Assembly (NCBI GenBank): GCA_963722385.1
Contig: CAVRKK010000001.1
Location: forward strand, 128,001-192,000
DNA from: an uncultured bacterium
Lineage (GTDB): Bacteria > Babelota > Babeliae > Babelales > Babelaceae
DNA length: 64,000 nucleotides
Reading direction: 5' to 3'
Shown: positions 22,345 through 33,331 of the stretch, in pieces
Position numbering within the stretch: the stretch's first letter is position 1
How the letters are laid out: each line of letters begins with the position of its first letter
Made by a program: the position numbers and the translations under genes
The notes under the pieces: model-generated
What the model was told of the DNA's origin: nothing
The model's input: only the letters and a program-made list of their open reading frames with translations
The model's database searches: none

Positions 22345-22398
22345 TGGTTACATTAACACCATTAACAGTATTTAATAAATACAACCAATTAAAAGAAT
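22345..22398. repeat. second 9-bp unit array upstream of parA
   Basis: tggttacat taacaccat taacagtat ttaataaat acaaccaat taaaagaat; two units identical to the 21433 array. Confidence 0.65.
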
Positions 22399-22905
22399 TC
22401 TGAAGAGCTGGAGAGGCTATGGAGACCGTTAAAGGAAGTTTGTTTACCAAACGCCTCCTAAGGCCTGTGGTTGAAATTATACCATAAAATGGTACAAATT
22501 TAACCAACTAAGGATACGAGTTATGTTTCTTAATCGAGTTTGGCTGGTTGTAATTTCAATTCTAACGTTTTTAGGGCAGCTTTAAGAACCTTTTTTTGAT
22601 GGATCTTGTTCGAAAACAGCTAAATCCACGATCCTGCAAATAAAAACCTTGTAGAACATATAGAAAAAGGATTAAAGCAAAAGGCGACCATATATAGAGG
22701 ATCATTTACCAAGCCTAAGAAACGGTAGCTGATGGTGCAAAGAAAAATCGTTTTTACAGAGCAAAATGGGTATAAGCCCAACGACATTACGCTCATTTCT
22801 GGTCGATGAAAAGAAAGCAATATATGCGGCAATATCAAAAATCTTGGGTTTTATTGAACAACATGAAAATAAATAGTGTCTCCATGGGAAAAAGTGCGGG
22901 ACTTG

Positions 22906-24228
22906 CTAAATTTTTTGCTTCTTATCAAGAGCCGCAGCTATAGCATATAAAGGATATGTATGAATTTTTTGAAATAACGAGTAGTTAAGTGTAGAAAATC
23001 GAATACCATAAGGAGAATGTGGATGGCTTTCCAAAAATAACTGCATACTCTTCAGTGTTGTCCCTTTGCCACTTTTTACTTCGATAGGAATAACATGCTC
23101 TTTGCTTTGGATGAGATAGTCAATCTCTGCCTCGCTACCCCGCGCAGTTCTATGCCAGTAGTAGAGATATGATTTGGCGAAAGGATTGGAGTACGCAAGC
23201 AATTCTTGTCCTATAAATGATTCTACAAGCTCGCCTTTGTTAATAAACTGCTCAAGTGGATTAATAATCCAGTTTCCTAGATTAAGACCAAGTATTACTT
23301 GACTTAAGGCAACATCCAGAAAGATTACTTTAAAGTTATGCGGATCTACTTGTGCTCCCAAAGGAATACCATTGCCCGCGCTCCAAAATACTTTGGTTGC
23401 TATACCTGCAGTTGAAAGCAAATCAAGACAAGGAGCTAGCTCTCTTTTCTGATAATTACCATCTATTGCACTATACTTAAACTTTTTACCTAAAGATAAA
23501 GGAATATGCTCAAGGAGCACATTTAAATACTTAATCTGTAACTTTTTTGCATACTTACTAAAATCATATCGATATGTATCAATAATGGCCTGTTGTATTT
23601 TGAAACATTCAAACAGATCCTTTGTTTTTTGCCAGCAGTCAACAACTTCTGGCATGCCTCCTACAGCCAAATATTCACCTACTATAGTTAAAAGTTTACG
23701 ATGAATAGGCTCACTTAAAGAGTTCTCTAACGTATGCTGTAAAATTTCTTCTGCTAATAAGTCATACCTCAAAGCATAGAGAAACTCAATAAATGACATG
23801 GGATACATATAGAGTAACATAACTCTACCAACGGGGATGCCGACTTCTTCTATAGCAAAGTCTAAAAGAGATCCTGCCGCTATTACATGTAGCTCTGGCA
23901 TTAACTCGTAAAAATAACGCAAAGCAATCAGGGCTCGTGGTATAACTTGTATTTCGTCAAGAAATAACAAGGTTTTATGTGGAATAATCGGACGATCAAC
24001 CAGGAGAGAAAGCTGGCGAATAATAATATCTGGCCGAAGGTCTCCTGAAAACAATAAAGCAGCTTCAGTGTTAGACTCAAAATTAATTTCGATGAAATCA
24101 TCAAAAGACTTGCCAAGTTTTCGTACAGCATGAGTTTTACCTACTTGACGGGCACCTCGAAGAAGTAATGGCTTACGAAAGCGATCTGTTTTCCAATCAA
24201 TAAGATAATGATCGATAAATCTTCTCAT
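22906..24228 (-). CDS. AAA_14 ATPase with DUF4143 domain
   Basis: GARQVGKT, LFLDEIQ, AAGSLL, GGMPE, YWHR..AEIDY..PIEVKSG. Confidence 0.93.
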   Translation of the reverse strand: MRRFIDHYLIDWKTDRFRKPLLLRGARQVGKTHAVRKLGKSFDDFIEINFESNTEAALLFSGDLRPDIIIRQLSLLVDRPIIPHKTLLFLDEIQVIPRALIALRYFYELMPELHVIAAGSLLDFAIEEVGIPVGRVMLLYMYPMSFIEFLYALRYDLLAEEILQHTLENSLSEPIHRKLLTIVGEYLAVGGMPEVVDCWQKTKDLFECFKIQQAIIDTYRYDFSKYAKKLQIKYLNVLLEHIPLSLGKKFKYSAIDGNYQKRELAPCLDLLSTAGIATKVFWSAGNGIPLGAQVDPHNFKVIFLDVALSQVILGLNLGNWIINPLEQFINKGELVESFIGQELLAYSNPFAKSYLYYWHRTARGSEAEIDYLIQSKEHVIPIEVKSGKGTTLKSMQLFLESHPHSPYGIRFSTLNYSLFQKIHTYPLYAIAAALDKKQKI

Positions 24229-24247
24229 AGTAGCTTCTCATCAAATA

Positions 24248-24362
24248 TGTTTAAAAATCAAACATAATTTAGTCTATTTTTGCTTGAAAATCAAACATTT
24301 TATGAAAAAATTGCTTAAAAATCAAATATGTTTTAAGAGATTTTTGCTTAAAAATCAAACAT
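24248..24362. repeat. four 18-bp direct repeats at 31-33 bp spacing upstream of the AAA gene
   Basis: tg(c/t)tt(a/g)aaaatcaaa(c/t)at at 24248, 24281, 24312, 24345. Confidence 0.8.
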
Positions 24363-24607
24363 ATATTTGAGCCAGGTTGTAGCAGTCAAAAAAGGGCAAG
24401 GAGTCCCCTTTGTTTACCTATGGGGAGGAATTGCCCGCCATAGTAAGCGCGGTTGCGCTTGACAGGCTTAAAAAGGCCCAAGAAGGGTGAGCGGGACGAT
24501 GAAAGGCTGCTCGCCTCGAGCAAGTTAAAAAATATTGCAAATGTGTAAATATATTTGTTATTATTAATTCACATAGAATTCAAGGCGATATTATGCTAGG
24601 AGAGAAA

Positions 24608-25021
24608 ATGAAGATGAAGATGAAAAACTTATTTTTATATCTAGTACCTCTATTTATTAGTCAAGTATGTCAGGCATACAACTTTACCATTAAAAATTGT
24701 ACTGGTTTGAGCTTGTCGGTGAATCTTCATGGGAAAACTGATTTTTGCAAAAGCCAATGGTTTTACAATATTCCGCCAGGTGGGACGCAAGAGCACTCAT
24801 TGGCTCCTGGATGCTGTGCTGGCAGTGTTCACTTGTACAAGGGCATAGGTCCTGGACAAGGACAAGATTTAGGCGCGTACAATATATTTAGTGGAATGAG
24901 TAGTGAGTACAAGCTCTGCTCGAGCACAACAATTTACATTGGCTATTGGGATAATAAATGGCAAGCTAATATTGAAGTGGATAAAGGGGACTATGATTTC
25001 CCAAGCAATATTTGCAATTGA
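24608..25021 (+). CDS. small secreted Cys-containing protein (N...PG...C family)
   Basis: AGGAG RBS, signal peptide, FTIKNCTG...IPPGG...GCC. Confidence 0.78.
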   Translation: MKMKMKNLFLYLVPLFISQVCQAYNFTIKNCTGLSLSVNLHGKTDFCKSQWFYNIPPGGTQEHSLAPGCCAGSVHLYKGIGPGQGQDLGAYNIFSGMSSEYKLCSSTTIYIGYWDNKWQANIEVDKGDYDFPSNICN

Positions 25022-25160
25022 TCTTAAAAACAAAGAAGAATTTATGTCTGTAATGTCTTATTTACAGACATGCTAAATCGTATTCTGCGTGGATGTTTTT
25101 ATGTTCCATCTGTGCTCATTTATAATCCTTTTCCTCGTTATCCAAGTGGCGTCTTATTAA

Positions 25161-25495
25161 TCAAGATTTTTGAATAAGACTGAAAATATTTGACGTATTA
25201 TTCCAGCTTACAACAGTGCCCAAGGATCTTTTTTGGTTTTCGCTGCCTGCATATACAAGAAAGGCATTAGCCGGATTAGCATGAGCAAGATTATTCCAGT
25301 AAGTAAGTCCGTTAAAAAAAGAGGTGCTGATTGTTGAACCCCGTTTAATTTCTACTGGGATAAAAAGCTGATTTTCCTCTAAAATAGAGTCAACTTCGTT
25401 TCCGATATGGTCACGCCAAAAGTGGACATAGGGGATTTTTCCGTGATTGCAATAGTACTTATAAGACTCAGAAATAATAAGGGATTCGAAAGGCC
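25161..25495 (-). pseudogene. C-terminal DUF4143 fragment of an AAA ATPase
   Basis: FESLIISE..FWRD..EVD..PVEIK..GLTYWN parallels the C-terminus of 39651..40835. Confidence 0.85.
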
Positions 25496-25713
25496 GCCTA
25501 ATAATGCATTGGCAACTGTTCAGGCGAACCTTCTTATAAATTCTAATCCAAAATTCGAATATTTGTAAAGACCTCATTGATTGCCCGATAAAATGGGCAA
25601 ATTCGTTTAGGACATCACTAATTCTCCCAAGGAGACGGAATATTCAACGCTGATTGGGCTAGGATGAGCTAATTTCTAGCAGAATTCTTAGTTGCCTTTC
25701 TTATCAGAATCAT

Positions 25714-26030
25714 GGTTTTGATACGTTGCTTGTTACGGAACTGAGTAGGCTGAGGCAGAAGCACAGCCGAAGTTATGAGCCTTGTTAATGATCTTATCAA
25801 GCGCAATATTCGACTTATTGTCATAAAGCAGGGATTAGACTCAAATCATCAGGATATGGGACCAAAAGTACTGATTACTATGTTTTGCTTGTTTGCTGAG
25901 CTTGAGCGGGATCTTATTAGCCAAAGAACGCGAGAGGCTCTCGCTGCCAAAAAGCGCCAGGGAATTAGGATCGGCAAACCAAAGGGAACTATTCAGAAAA
26001 GTAAGTTTGACGAGCATATAGCTAGATTTT
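25714..26030 (+). pseudogene. serine recombinase (resolvase) fragment
   Basis: DTLLVTELSRL/GRSTAEV..FAELERDLISQRTREALAAKKRQGIRIGKPKG; catalytic N-terminus absent, frameshift at ~25753. Confidence 0.88.
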
Positions 26031-26041
26031 TAGGTTATACC

Positions 26042-28197
26042 TGACGGTTCATATCTTGCTACTGCTAATTATTCAGGGTGATGTAGTGATTTTTTCAGTA
26101 GGGGCAGGAGGCACTTTAAGTCAAGGTACTTCTTATCCTTTGCCTAGTGGTTCTACCGCAAGCACAGTAGTGTTTTCTCCTTCGGGATCTTATCTTGCAA
26201 CCTGTAGTAATGGCGGTAGCAACGGAAATACTATAACTCTTTTTACGGTAGAAGCAGGAGGAATTTTGAGTAATGGGGGTTCATACGGCTTAGCCGGCTC
26301 TCTGTCTCCTGCTGGAATAGCCTTTTCTCCTAATAGTGCCTATTTAGCTACCGCCAATTCTTACACAAATGATGTTACCATCTTTAGCGTAAAGACTGGA
26401 GGAGTATTAAGTGGTGGTACCTCATATGCATTGCCTAGCAACTCAACTGGACCTCAGTTTGTAGCGTTTTCACCTGATGGTAACTACTTAGCTACCGCTA
26501 ATCAGGCATCAAATGATGTAACAATATTTCAAGTAGGACCTGAAGAAACTTTGAGTGGAGCACTATCATATGCATTGCCAAGCAACTCGAGCGCTCCTTT
26601 TTCAGTAGTATTTTCGCCAAATGGCTTATATCTTGCTACTGCTAATAAAACTTCAAATAACGTAACGATTTTTAACGTAGGAAGGGGAGGCATATTAAGC
26701 GGTGGCACATCTTATTCTCTACCTTCTGGTTCAACGGTACCATTTTCAGCAGTATTTTCACCAAATGGTTTGTACCTTGCAACGGTTAATGCTAGATCTC
26801 AAGATGTTACCTTATTTACCGTAGCAGAAGGAGGAGTACTCAGTAATGCCAATTCATACCCTTTACCTGCTGGATCCTTGGAACCTGAAATGGGAAAATT
26901 CTCATCATCTGGCCAGTATTTTGTGACCGCTAATTATGGCTCAAGCGATGTTACGGTCTTTACTGTTGTCTGCACCGATCAAGCTGAGAGTACAGGGATC
27001 TCATATCCTTTACCTCCTCATTCTATAAGACCTGAGGCGATAACTTTTTCACCCGACGGCCTTTTTCTTGCAACAGCTAACTATGACTCAAATGATGTAA
27101 CCATTTTTAGAACAAGTACGACAGGTTATTTTATCGACCTTGGATTGGCAACCTCATATAAACTACCTTTAAATTCAACCAATCCAGCTTCGATAGCATT
27201 TTCTTCTGATACCGCGTACGCGGCAACGGCCAATAGCGGTTCGAATGACGTAACTCTCTTTACTCTTTCAGAAGGACAGTTGCAAAATGCCCGATCCTAT
27301 ACATTACCTGCAGGATCAACTAACCCAACGTCAGTAGAGTTTTCGCCAAACACTAGGTATCTTGCTGTAGCTAGTGGAGTTTCAAGTGACGTGGTAATCT
27401 TTACTGTTAATGCAGGTTCTTTGGAAGAAGCTGCTTCATATGCATTACCCACTGGTTCCTTAAACCCTTTAAAAGTAGCGTTCACACCTAATGGTTCGTT
27501 CCTTGCTACCGCTAATGCAAATTCAAATGATATAACCCTCTTTGCGGTTTCTGGTAACGCATTAACGAGTGGCATATCTCAGCCCTTACCGGCTGGATCC
27601 CGAAGACCTCAATCACTTGTATTCTTGCTCAGCCCATCTGGCGAATTATTTTTAGCCACAAGTAATAGTGGCTCAAATGATGTAACTATTTTCGGCATCC
27701 AGTCTGGAGCTATAACAAGCTCACTCTCATATTCCTTGCCTGAAGGAACGAGTAATCCTCAGGGAATAACCGCATCACCAGATGGGACTTACCTCGTAAC
27801 TGCCAATAGCGGTTCCAATGGTATTACCGCCTTGACGCTTGTCGGAAGCGAAATCCAAAATGCTATTTCATATAGTCTGCCAAGCAACTCAAGCAATTGT
27901 GTTGCACTCTCCTTTTTCCCTATAAACCAACAACAAATGACAGTTGTTACAGCCAATAGCGCTTCAAACGATGTATCAGCCCTTCCCTTACTTGATGTCG
28001 CAGAAGGAGAAGGAGACGGAAGCAGTCTTCCTCTAGGAGTCATTATAGGAACAACTATAGGTATTCCGGCGGGCCTTGCTTTTTTAGCAGCTGGAATAAG
28101 CATGCTTAGTTGCTTAACCTATAAGTATATACAGCATAAGCGTCGGACAAACGCTAGAACTTGTGATGCAAAACAAGCCGTAGAAGAGTTTTTGTAA
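26042..28197 (+). CDS. beta-propeller repeat (lactonase-like) protein with C-terminal TM anchor, 5'-truncated
   Basis: About 13 repeats of SYxLPxxSxxPxxxxFSPxGxYLATANxxSNDVTIF; begins mid-repeat just after the resolvase fragment; C-terminal GVIIGTTIGIPAGLAFL..YKY. Confidence 0.85.
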
Positions 28198-28483
28198 AAT
28201 AGAAAGTGCATTTGGTTCTCGAGACACGGGCAAATCAACCATAGCCAAGCACCATCCAGATGCTCTCTTAGTTGGTTTGCGAATAACAGAAGAACCGTTT
28301 CACTTCTTGTTGAGCCAGCCTTTTTAGTTGCTAAAGCCAAAGTCTTGTATCAAGCGCATGTTTGATCCGGCAATTGACCCCGAAGTTAGAAACATTTATT
28401 CATAATAGCAAGGCAAATTATTGCTCTTTTATATAGCAATAATGTAAAATAAGTAATGCAGATACAACTAAAAGGTTTGCTTT

Positions 28484-30496
28484 ATGAAAATTAAATTATT
28501 GATTATTCTTATTTTAATGCACAGCGGAGAGGCCCAAAATAAGCTAGCTCCTTTAGCCGAGGAGATTGCGAGTAAAGACCTTGCAATTACCAATAAAGAC
28601 CAATTTGAGCAGAAGCTTAAAAGCCTCATGAATCAGACAAAGACCCTTTTGCCCCAATCCTTTAATCAATCAACAAGGGAAAGGGCAGATCATCTTTATA
28701 ACCGGCTTGATGCAGTTATAGAAGTGTATGCTGATCGCTATCCGGTTCCCGAGCTGATGGATGAAACAAAAGGTCTTTTAAAAGAGCTCTCTCAAAAATT
28801 CAAGCTCGAAAGCGCTATTCCGTATGTAGTCCCTATAGAAGAAAATCGTGAACCGGTAAATATTGGCACCGCAAGCATAACAGAGTTTTTTGATTTTGCT
28901 CAAAGAGATAAAGCTCGGCCAATGACTCAGACGGAGGCATACGTCAGTAGACCCGTACTGAGAGAAGTTATTACCGGCAAAATAGCTATGGAAAAAGGAG
29001 TTTTTCATACGGCTCTGCTTTCTTGGGAACATTCTGGGATATACAATGTTTTGCTTGCTCGTACACTTACTCAAGAGAGAAAACACCGAGACCATCATGT
29101 TGTCTATCATGCTCAAGAGAGAAACTTTATACTTTTCTACGACATCTTAAACGAACTTTTTAAAAGAACTTTAGAAAAAGGATACTCTGCTTTTGAGTAC
29201 TTACGCATACCTGGTAGCGCAACCTATGCAAAAACGCTAGCAGAAATACTTCAAAAAGGATTTGAATCAGACACTGAACCTGAAATAGTAAAATTGCTCT
29301 TATCAATAAATCTTTCTTTGTTTGGCAATGCTAGAACAATAGGCGAAGGCTCATTGAGCGCATTTATTTTAAATCAAAGCATCAATCCTCCACGCGCTTT
29401 ATTCGAGCTCATTTTTGATAAATTTGGCATTAATGATGCGTATATAAAAAAATTCGAAGATCTTTTCGCTTTATATAAACCTCAAGAAGGAGGCAACTTG
29501 CTGCAGATTTTTATACCAAGAAGTAAAATCAATGATTATCTTTATCTATCTCAGGCATATGGCAAACCGCTGAGTCAAAAGCCTCTCCTAGCGATTGCGC
29601 CACTTGAACCGGTAACGTTTGTGGACAAAGAAGGTAAACATCATACTTACGATCTAAAAACTATTGATGCACAGACCTATCTTGACATCTACCGCAATCA
29701 CCCGCAAGCTATTTCTTATGAAGATATGGATCGCATTCAAGGTCGCCTATTAATCTCTCATGATTTCCTCCTCAACCCTGAAAGTGGCGTAAAAATATAT
29801 CGCTATAATTTGATGTCTGATCAAAAAACTACCGAGTACAAGAGAAAGCTTACATCACTTATCGATGAAGCACTAGAAGACAAAGCAAAAGCGCAAGCCA
29901 GATTAAGCCCTGCTGATAAAGAGCTTTTTAAGACAATAGGATCTAATGACAGCGCTGCCGTACAAAAGATACTTGAACAAGAATATGTAGACTTCGGTGC
30001 GAAAAACGAGCGAGGAAGAACAGCTCTAGAGGTTGCAGAAAAGAGCGGCAATAAGCCTATACTAGAACTTGTTGAGTTTTATAGTGGCTTCGCTTCTAAA
30101 AACGAGCACCTCATGTCTAAGGCTCTCTTTGATGCTCTACGTTTCTCTCATGATGTTCAGGCAGAGGTGTTCATAAATAAAATCCCATCGGTAAATATAA
30201 GATTCATAAATGGGCAAACTCCTTTAAGTATAGTAATTTCAGAAAAGAATTTTCCTCTCGTCAAACTACTGCTTGAACGTCGTGCTGATGCCAATTTTAC
30301 TGATAAATCAGGAACTACGCCTTTAACTGAAGCTATCACGAGACGAGCGGGAGTCCCCATAGTAAAGCTACTTCTTGAGCATGGAGCTGATCCTAATATT
30401 CCTACCACTTATGGAAAGAAGCCCCTTCAACTAGCTCAATGGAGTCCTAACCGCGATTTAGCTGAATTGCTTGTTCGTTATGGAGCAAAACTTTAA
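28484..30496 (+). CDS. secreted multidomain protein with C-terminal ankyrin repeats and an uncharacterised central domain
   Basis: Signal peptide; GRTALEVA, GQTPLSIV, GTTPLTEA, GKKPLQLA ankyrins; central VYHAQ/LSINLSLFGN/LLQIFIP/IQGRLL. Confidence 0.88.
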   Translation: MKIKLLIILILMHSGEAQNKLAPLAEEIASKDLAITNKDQFEQKLKSLMNQTKTLLPQSFNQSTRERADHLYNRLDAVIEVYADRYPVPELMDETKGLLKELSQKFKLESAIPYVVPIEENREPVNIGTASITEFFDFAQRDKARPMTQTEAYVSRPVLREVITGKIAMEKGVFHTALLSWEHSGIYNVLLARTLTQERKHRDHHVVYHAQERNFILFYDILNELFKRTLEKGYSAFEYLRIPGSATYAKTLAEILQKGFESDTEPEIVKLLLSINLSLFGNARTIGEGSLSAFILNQSINPPRALFELIFDKFGINDAYIKKFEDLFALYKPQEGGNLLQIFIPRSKINDYLYLSQAYGKPLSQKPLLAIAPLEPVTFVDKEGKHHTYDLKTIDAQTYLDIYRNHPQAISYEDMDRIQGRLLISHDFLLNPESGVKIYRYNLMSDQKTTEYKRKLTSLIDEALEDKAKAQARLSPADKELFKTIGSNDSAAVQKILEQEYVDFGAKNERGRTALEVAEKSGNKPILELVEFYSGFASKNEHLMSKALFDALRFSHDVQAEVFINKIPSVNIRFINGQTPLSIVISEKNFPLVKLLLERRADANFTDKSGTTPLTEAITRRAGVPIVKLLLEHGADPNIPTTYGKKPLQLAQWSPNRDLAELLVRYGAKL

Positions 30497-30574
30497 GACC
30501 TGAGCCGGTTGCAGATCGCTTCGCGTTACGCAGAAAACAGCCTAAGCATCTCCTTACGGATAGCCAAGTAGATG

Positions 30575-31180
30575 TCACTTGACTTGGTTTTTTCTAGCTT
30601 GCCGTATAAGAGCATTGATCTTTGGATCGTCGGTGATTTCATCTGCTGTTTGACCATTAAAATTTTGTATAGTGGTATCTGCTTCTTCAGAGAGAAGATA
30701 CTCTATTACAAGAAGTGAGCGTGTAGCCGAGGCGTAATGTAAAGCAGTCCAACCATTTCTTCCTTGCGCATTTACTGAAGCCGGGCGCTCTCTATAAAAA
30801 ATCAATGTATGAACTAATGTGGCCCTCTTTTTTTCGCTATATGGGGCTATGATAGCAAGCGCGAGCGGCGGCAAATCTAGTGACGAAACAAGATTAGGAT
30901 TTGCATTTTTAATGAGAAGTAAATCCACTATATCTAAATTATTGGTCTGAATCGCTATGGCAAGCGGAGTATCGATCGTTAATGTGTCTCTACAGTCAGG
31001 ATCAGCTCCTCTACGTAGAGCATTATAGGAATTGCTAAAATTTCCCGCATAAACAGCATCGATAAGGTTTTTATTGAGCTCTTTTTGATCCTGTTGCATT
31101 CCTTGGACAGGCACGCAACATGCTCCTTGAGCTGCAAATAGTATGCAAAAAGTTATATTTCTTATTTTTTGTATAATCAT
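30575..31180 (-). CDS. secreted ankyrin-repeat protein
   Basis: DTPLAIAI, GWTALHYA; signal peptide ending VQG-MQQ. Confidence 0.9.
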   Translation of the reverse strand: MIIQKIRNITFCILFAAQGACCVPVQGMQQDQKELNKNLIDAVYAGNFSNSYNALRRGADPDCRDTLTIDTPLAIAIQTNNLDIVDLLLIKNANPNLVSSLDLPPLALAIIAPYSEKKRATLVHTLIFYRERPASVNAQGRNGWTALHYASATRSLLVIEYLLSEEADTTIQNFNGQTADEITDDPKINALIRQARKNQVK

Positions 31181-31707
31181 GAAATCTCCATCATGTAGCT
31201 ATAAAAATGCAAGCTTTATTTTAACATAAACCTTTTTGTCATGCTAGCTCGTCGAAATGCAGTATGAGTATTTCAAGTATAAGTGATGAGTTTTAGTCGC
31301 TAGGAACACAATTCGCTCTACATCTCATTCAAGCTTCTAGATAGAAATCTTTTGCCGCTTGTTGAAAATAACGCTCTTATATCAAATCAAGAAAATGTAT
31401 ACTTGCTATATACTCAATAATCTCAATCTGATCTTGATTTAACTCACGTTTTTTCCTTTTATTTTGTTCCATGGGCGATGCCATATAAGAAATAAAAAAA
31501 AGAAATAAACTGAAACTAAATAGCCCATAGACTCTCATAGAAGCCCTAGATTTTTATAATAAAACAATGCTTAAATATAGAGCTTAATTATATAAAATAT
31601 TTTCAACCTCGCTATGCTTGACGGGTAAATTTGGCAAGTTTTAATCTAGGCATTGCTGATTTTCCCTACTTTACGGTAAAAGCCATATTATATTTTAAAC
31701 CCCATCT

Positions 31708-32829
31708 TTATAATGAGCGAGAGCCACCGTATACATATCGCATCAGCTTTTGCTCGATCAGCTCTCGTGGAAGCGTACTGAGGAAGCTGGCAGGTCTTTG
31801 CGCTTGCTCTTTTGTAAGATATGCCAGCTCTTGAGCAGGTTGATGTCTTGCCAACAGAGTCTGAAACTTTTTTGCTCTTTCGAGCAGAATTCTTATTTTC
31901 TCTTTATCATCCTCAGCTAAACTTGTGCTCTTTGCTTCTTCAGTAGCCTGGATAAGCTCTTGCAGTCCCTTATCCGCATGCTCTAAAGAAAGACCTAGAG
32001 CATGCAAAAATTCTTGATTTAAGAGGGATTGGGCAATCGAGAAATAGCCCTCGTATTCCTTATGCGTCGAACCTTGTACGACGGCATAAAATAACGCTTG
32101 ATCTAGATAGGTTCTCCAGAGATCAGGATTCTCCCTAATACTTTCTTTGCGTCGATCAGAAAGCAAATGAAAAACATCATCATGCCCATTAAGCGCTGCA
32201 CGAACAAGCGATTCGCCATAAGCCTGCGCTCCTTCAAAATCATTGACCTGTATGCTATCAAAAAGGGGTATAAGTTCTTCAACAATGGGGAGAACTCCTT
32301 GAGCACTGGCAAGCTGGAGAGCTTTCAGAATAAGCTGTTGATCTTCCTTGCTCAAATCAGGCCTTTCGCTTAAATCCTTTAGAAGTGAGATTGCATTCTC
32401 TATCTCTTTAAGAGCTATCGCTTGTAGCAACGGTTCACTAAAAACTATTTTAATACCAGCTCTCGTTGCTGGCTTACGATTAACAGTAGCGCCATGCTCT
32501 ACAAACCACCGAATGAGAAGGGGCTGCTGACTCGAAAGTTCTACGAAGCTATTAAAAAATAATACATTAACCCAATAACCATGATCAATGCCTAATTGCA
32601 GTAAATGTATGGCCATATCACTATTAATTTGATTACTAAAAGCCGGGGTAAGGATACTCAACATAAAATCGTCAGTATCTAGTGGATTAAATATATGGGC
32701 ACGATGCCGCTTTAAACTGTCAAGCATAGCCAAATTTTTCTTATAAGCAATGTTTTCCTGCATAGGATGAAGACATACTGCAATCATAGATAAAAGTAGA
32801 GGCAGTAATCCATTTTTTAAGCCTATCAT
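31708..32829 (-). CDS. secreted degenerate-ankyrin protein with C-terminal F-box-like motif
   Basis: ALQLASAQG, AALNGH family core; C-terminal FLSTLPRELIEQKLMRYV; signal ends LHP-MQE. Confidence 0.82.
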   Translation of the reverse strand: MIGLKNGLLPLLLSMIAVCLHPMQENIAYKKNLAMLDSLKRHRAHIFNPLDTDDFMLSILTPAFSNQINSDMAIHLLQLGIDHGYWVNVLFFNSFVELSSQQPLLIRWFVEHGATVNRKPATRAGIKIVFSEPLLQAIALKEIENAISLLKDLSERPDLSKEDQQLILKALQLASAQGVLPIVEELIPLFDSIQVNDFEGAQAYGESLVRAALNGHDDVFHLLSDRRKESIRENPDLWRTYLDQALFYAVVQGSTHKEYEGYFSIAQSLLNQEFLHALGLSLEHADKGLQELIQATEEAKSTSLAEDDKEKIRILLERAKKFQTLLARHQPAQELAYLTKEQAQRPASFLSTLPRELIEQKLMRYVYGGSRSL

Positions 32830-32995
32830 ACATTTTTCCTCATATTACGTTAAAAAACCCTCTAGTATACATTTTAAGCTCCATCTTTATGGTGTAGGAA
32901 ATCTGTTGGCCCCTCCCTCGAGTTGTCCGTGCTCCTTTAAGTGAAGCTAAGGAGTACAAAGGCAAGTGATGCTATAGAGCAATGAGCTTTGTAAT

Positions 32996-33103
32996 TAATG
33001 CCTGGCTTGCTGGGTTACGATATTAAACACATCAGGACCAAATCGAGCACCATTAATTGTCGAATCTTTAAAATTTGCTCCTTTTATGTTGGCGCCTCTG
33101 AAA
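32996..33103 (-). pseudogene. pentapeptide-repeat gene remnant
   Basis: FRGANIKGANFKDSTINGARF..* with no start. Confidence 0.5.
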
Positions 33104-33331
33104 TACTGAATTAATTAATTTTTAAACTAACATTAATTTCATTGAGGCTGCAAGGGTTTTAATAAAATTAAATTAAAATGCAATGCATCAATATAAAGCC
33201 AAACAATCAAAGTGATAGTGGACCGATTAAGTGCATTTTGTAATCAATCGATCCACTAACGCCTTGGATGGCTGTATTCCAAAATACTGATTTTTGATTA
33301 ATGATTGCTTAAATTGTTTATTTGCCGCTTT

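Noticed and set aside
24248..24362. CRISPR array
   Set aside because: Repeats of 18 bp and spacers of 13-15 bp are too short, AT-rich and degenerate; no cas genes
27297..28103. Antisense ORFs within the propeller, rtcB, ankyrin and Cys-rich genes
   Set aside because: Shadow frames of well-supported genes on the other strand or frame
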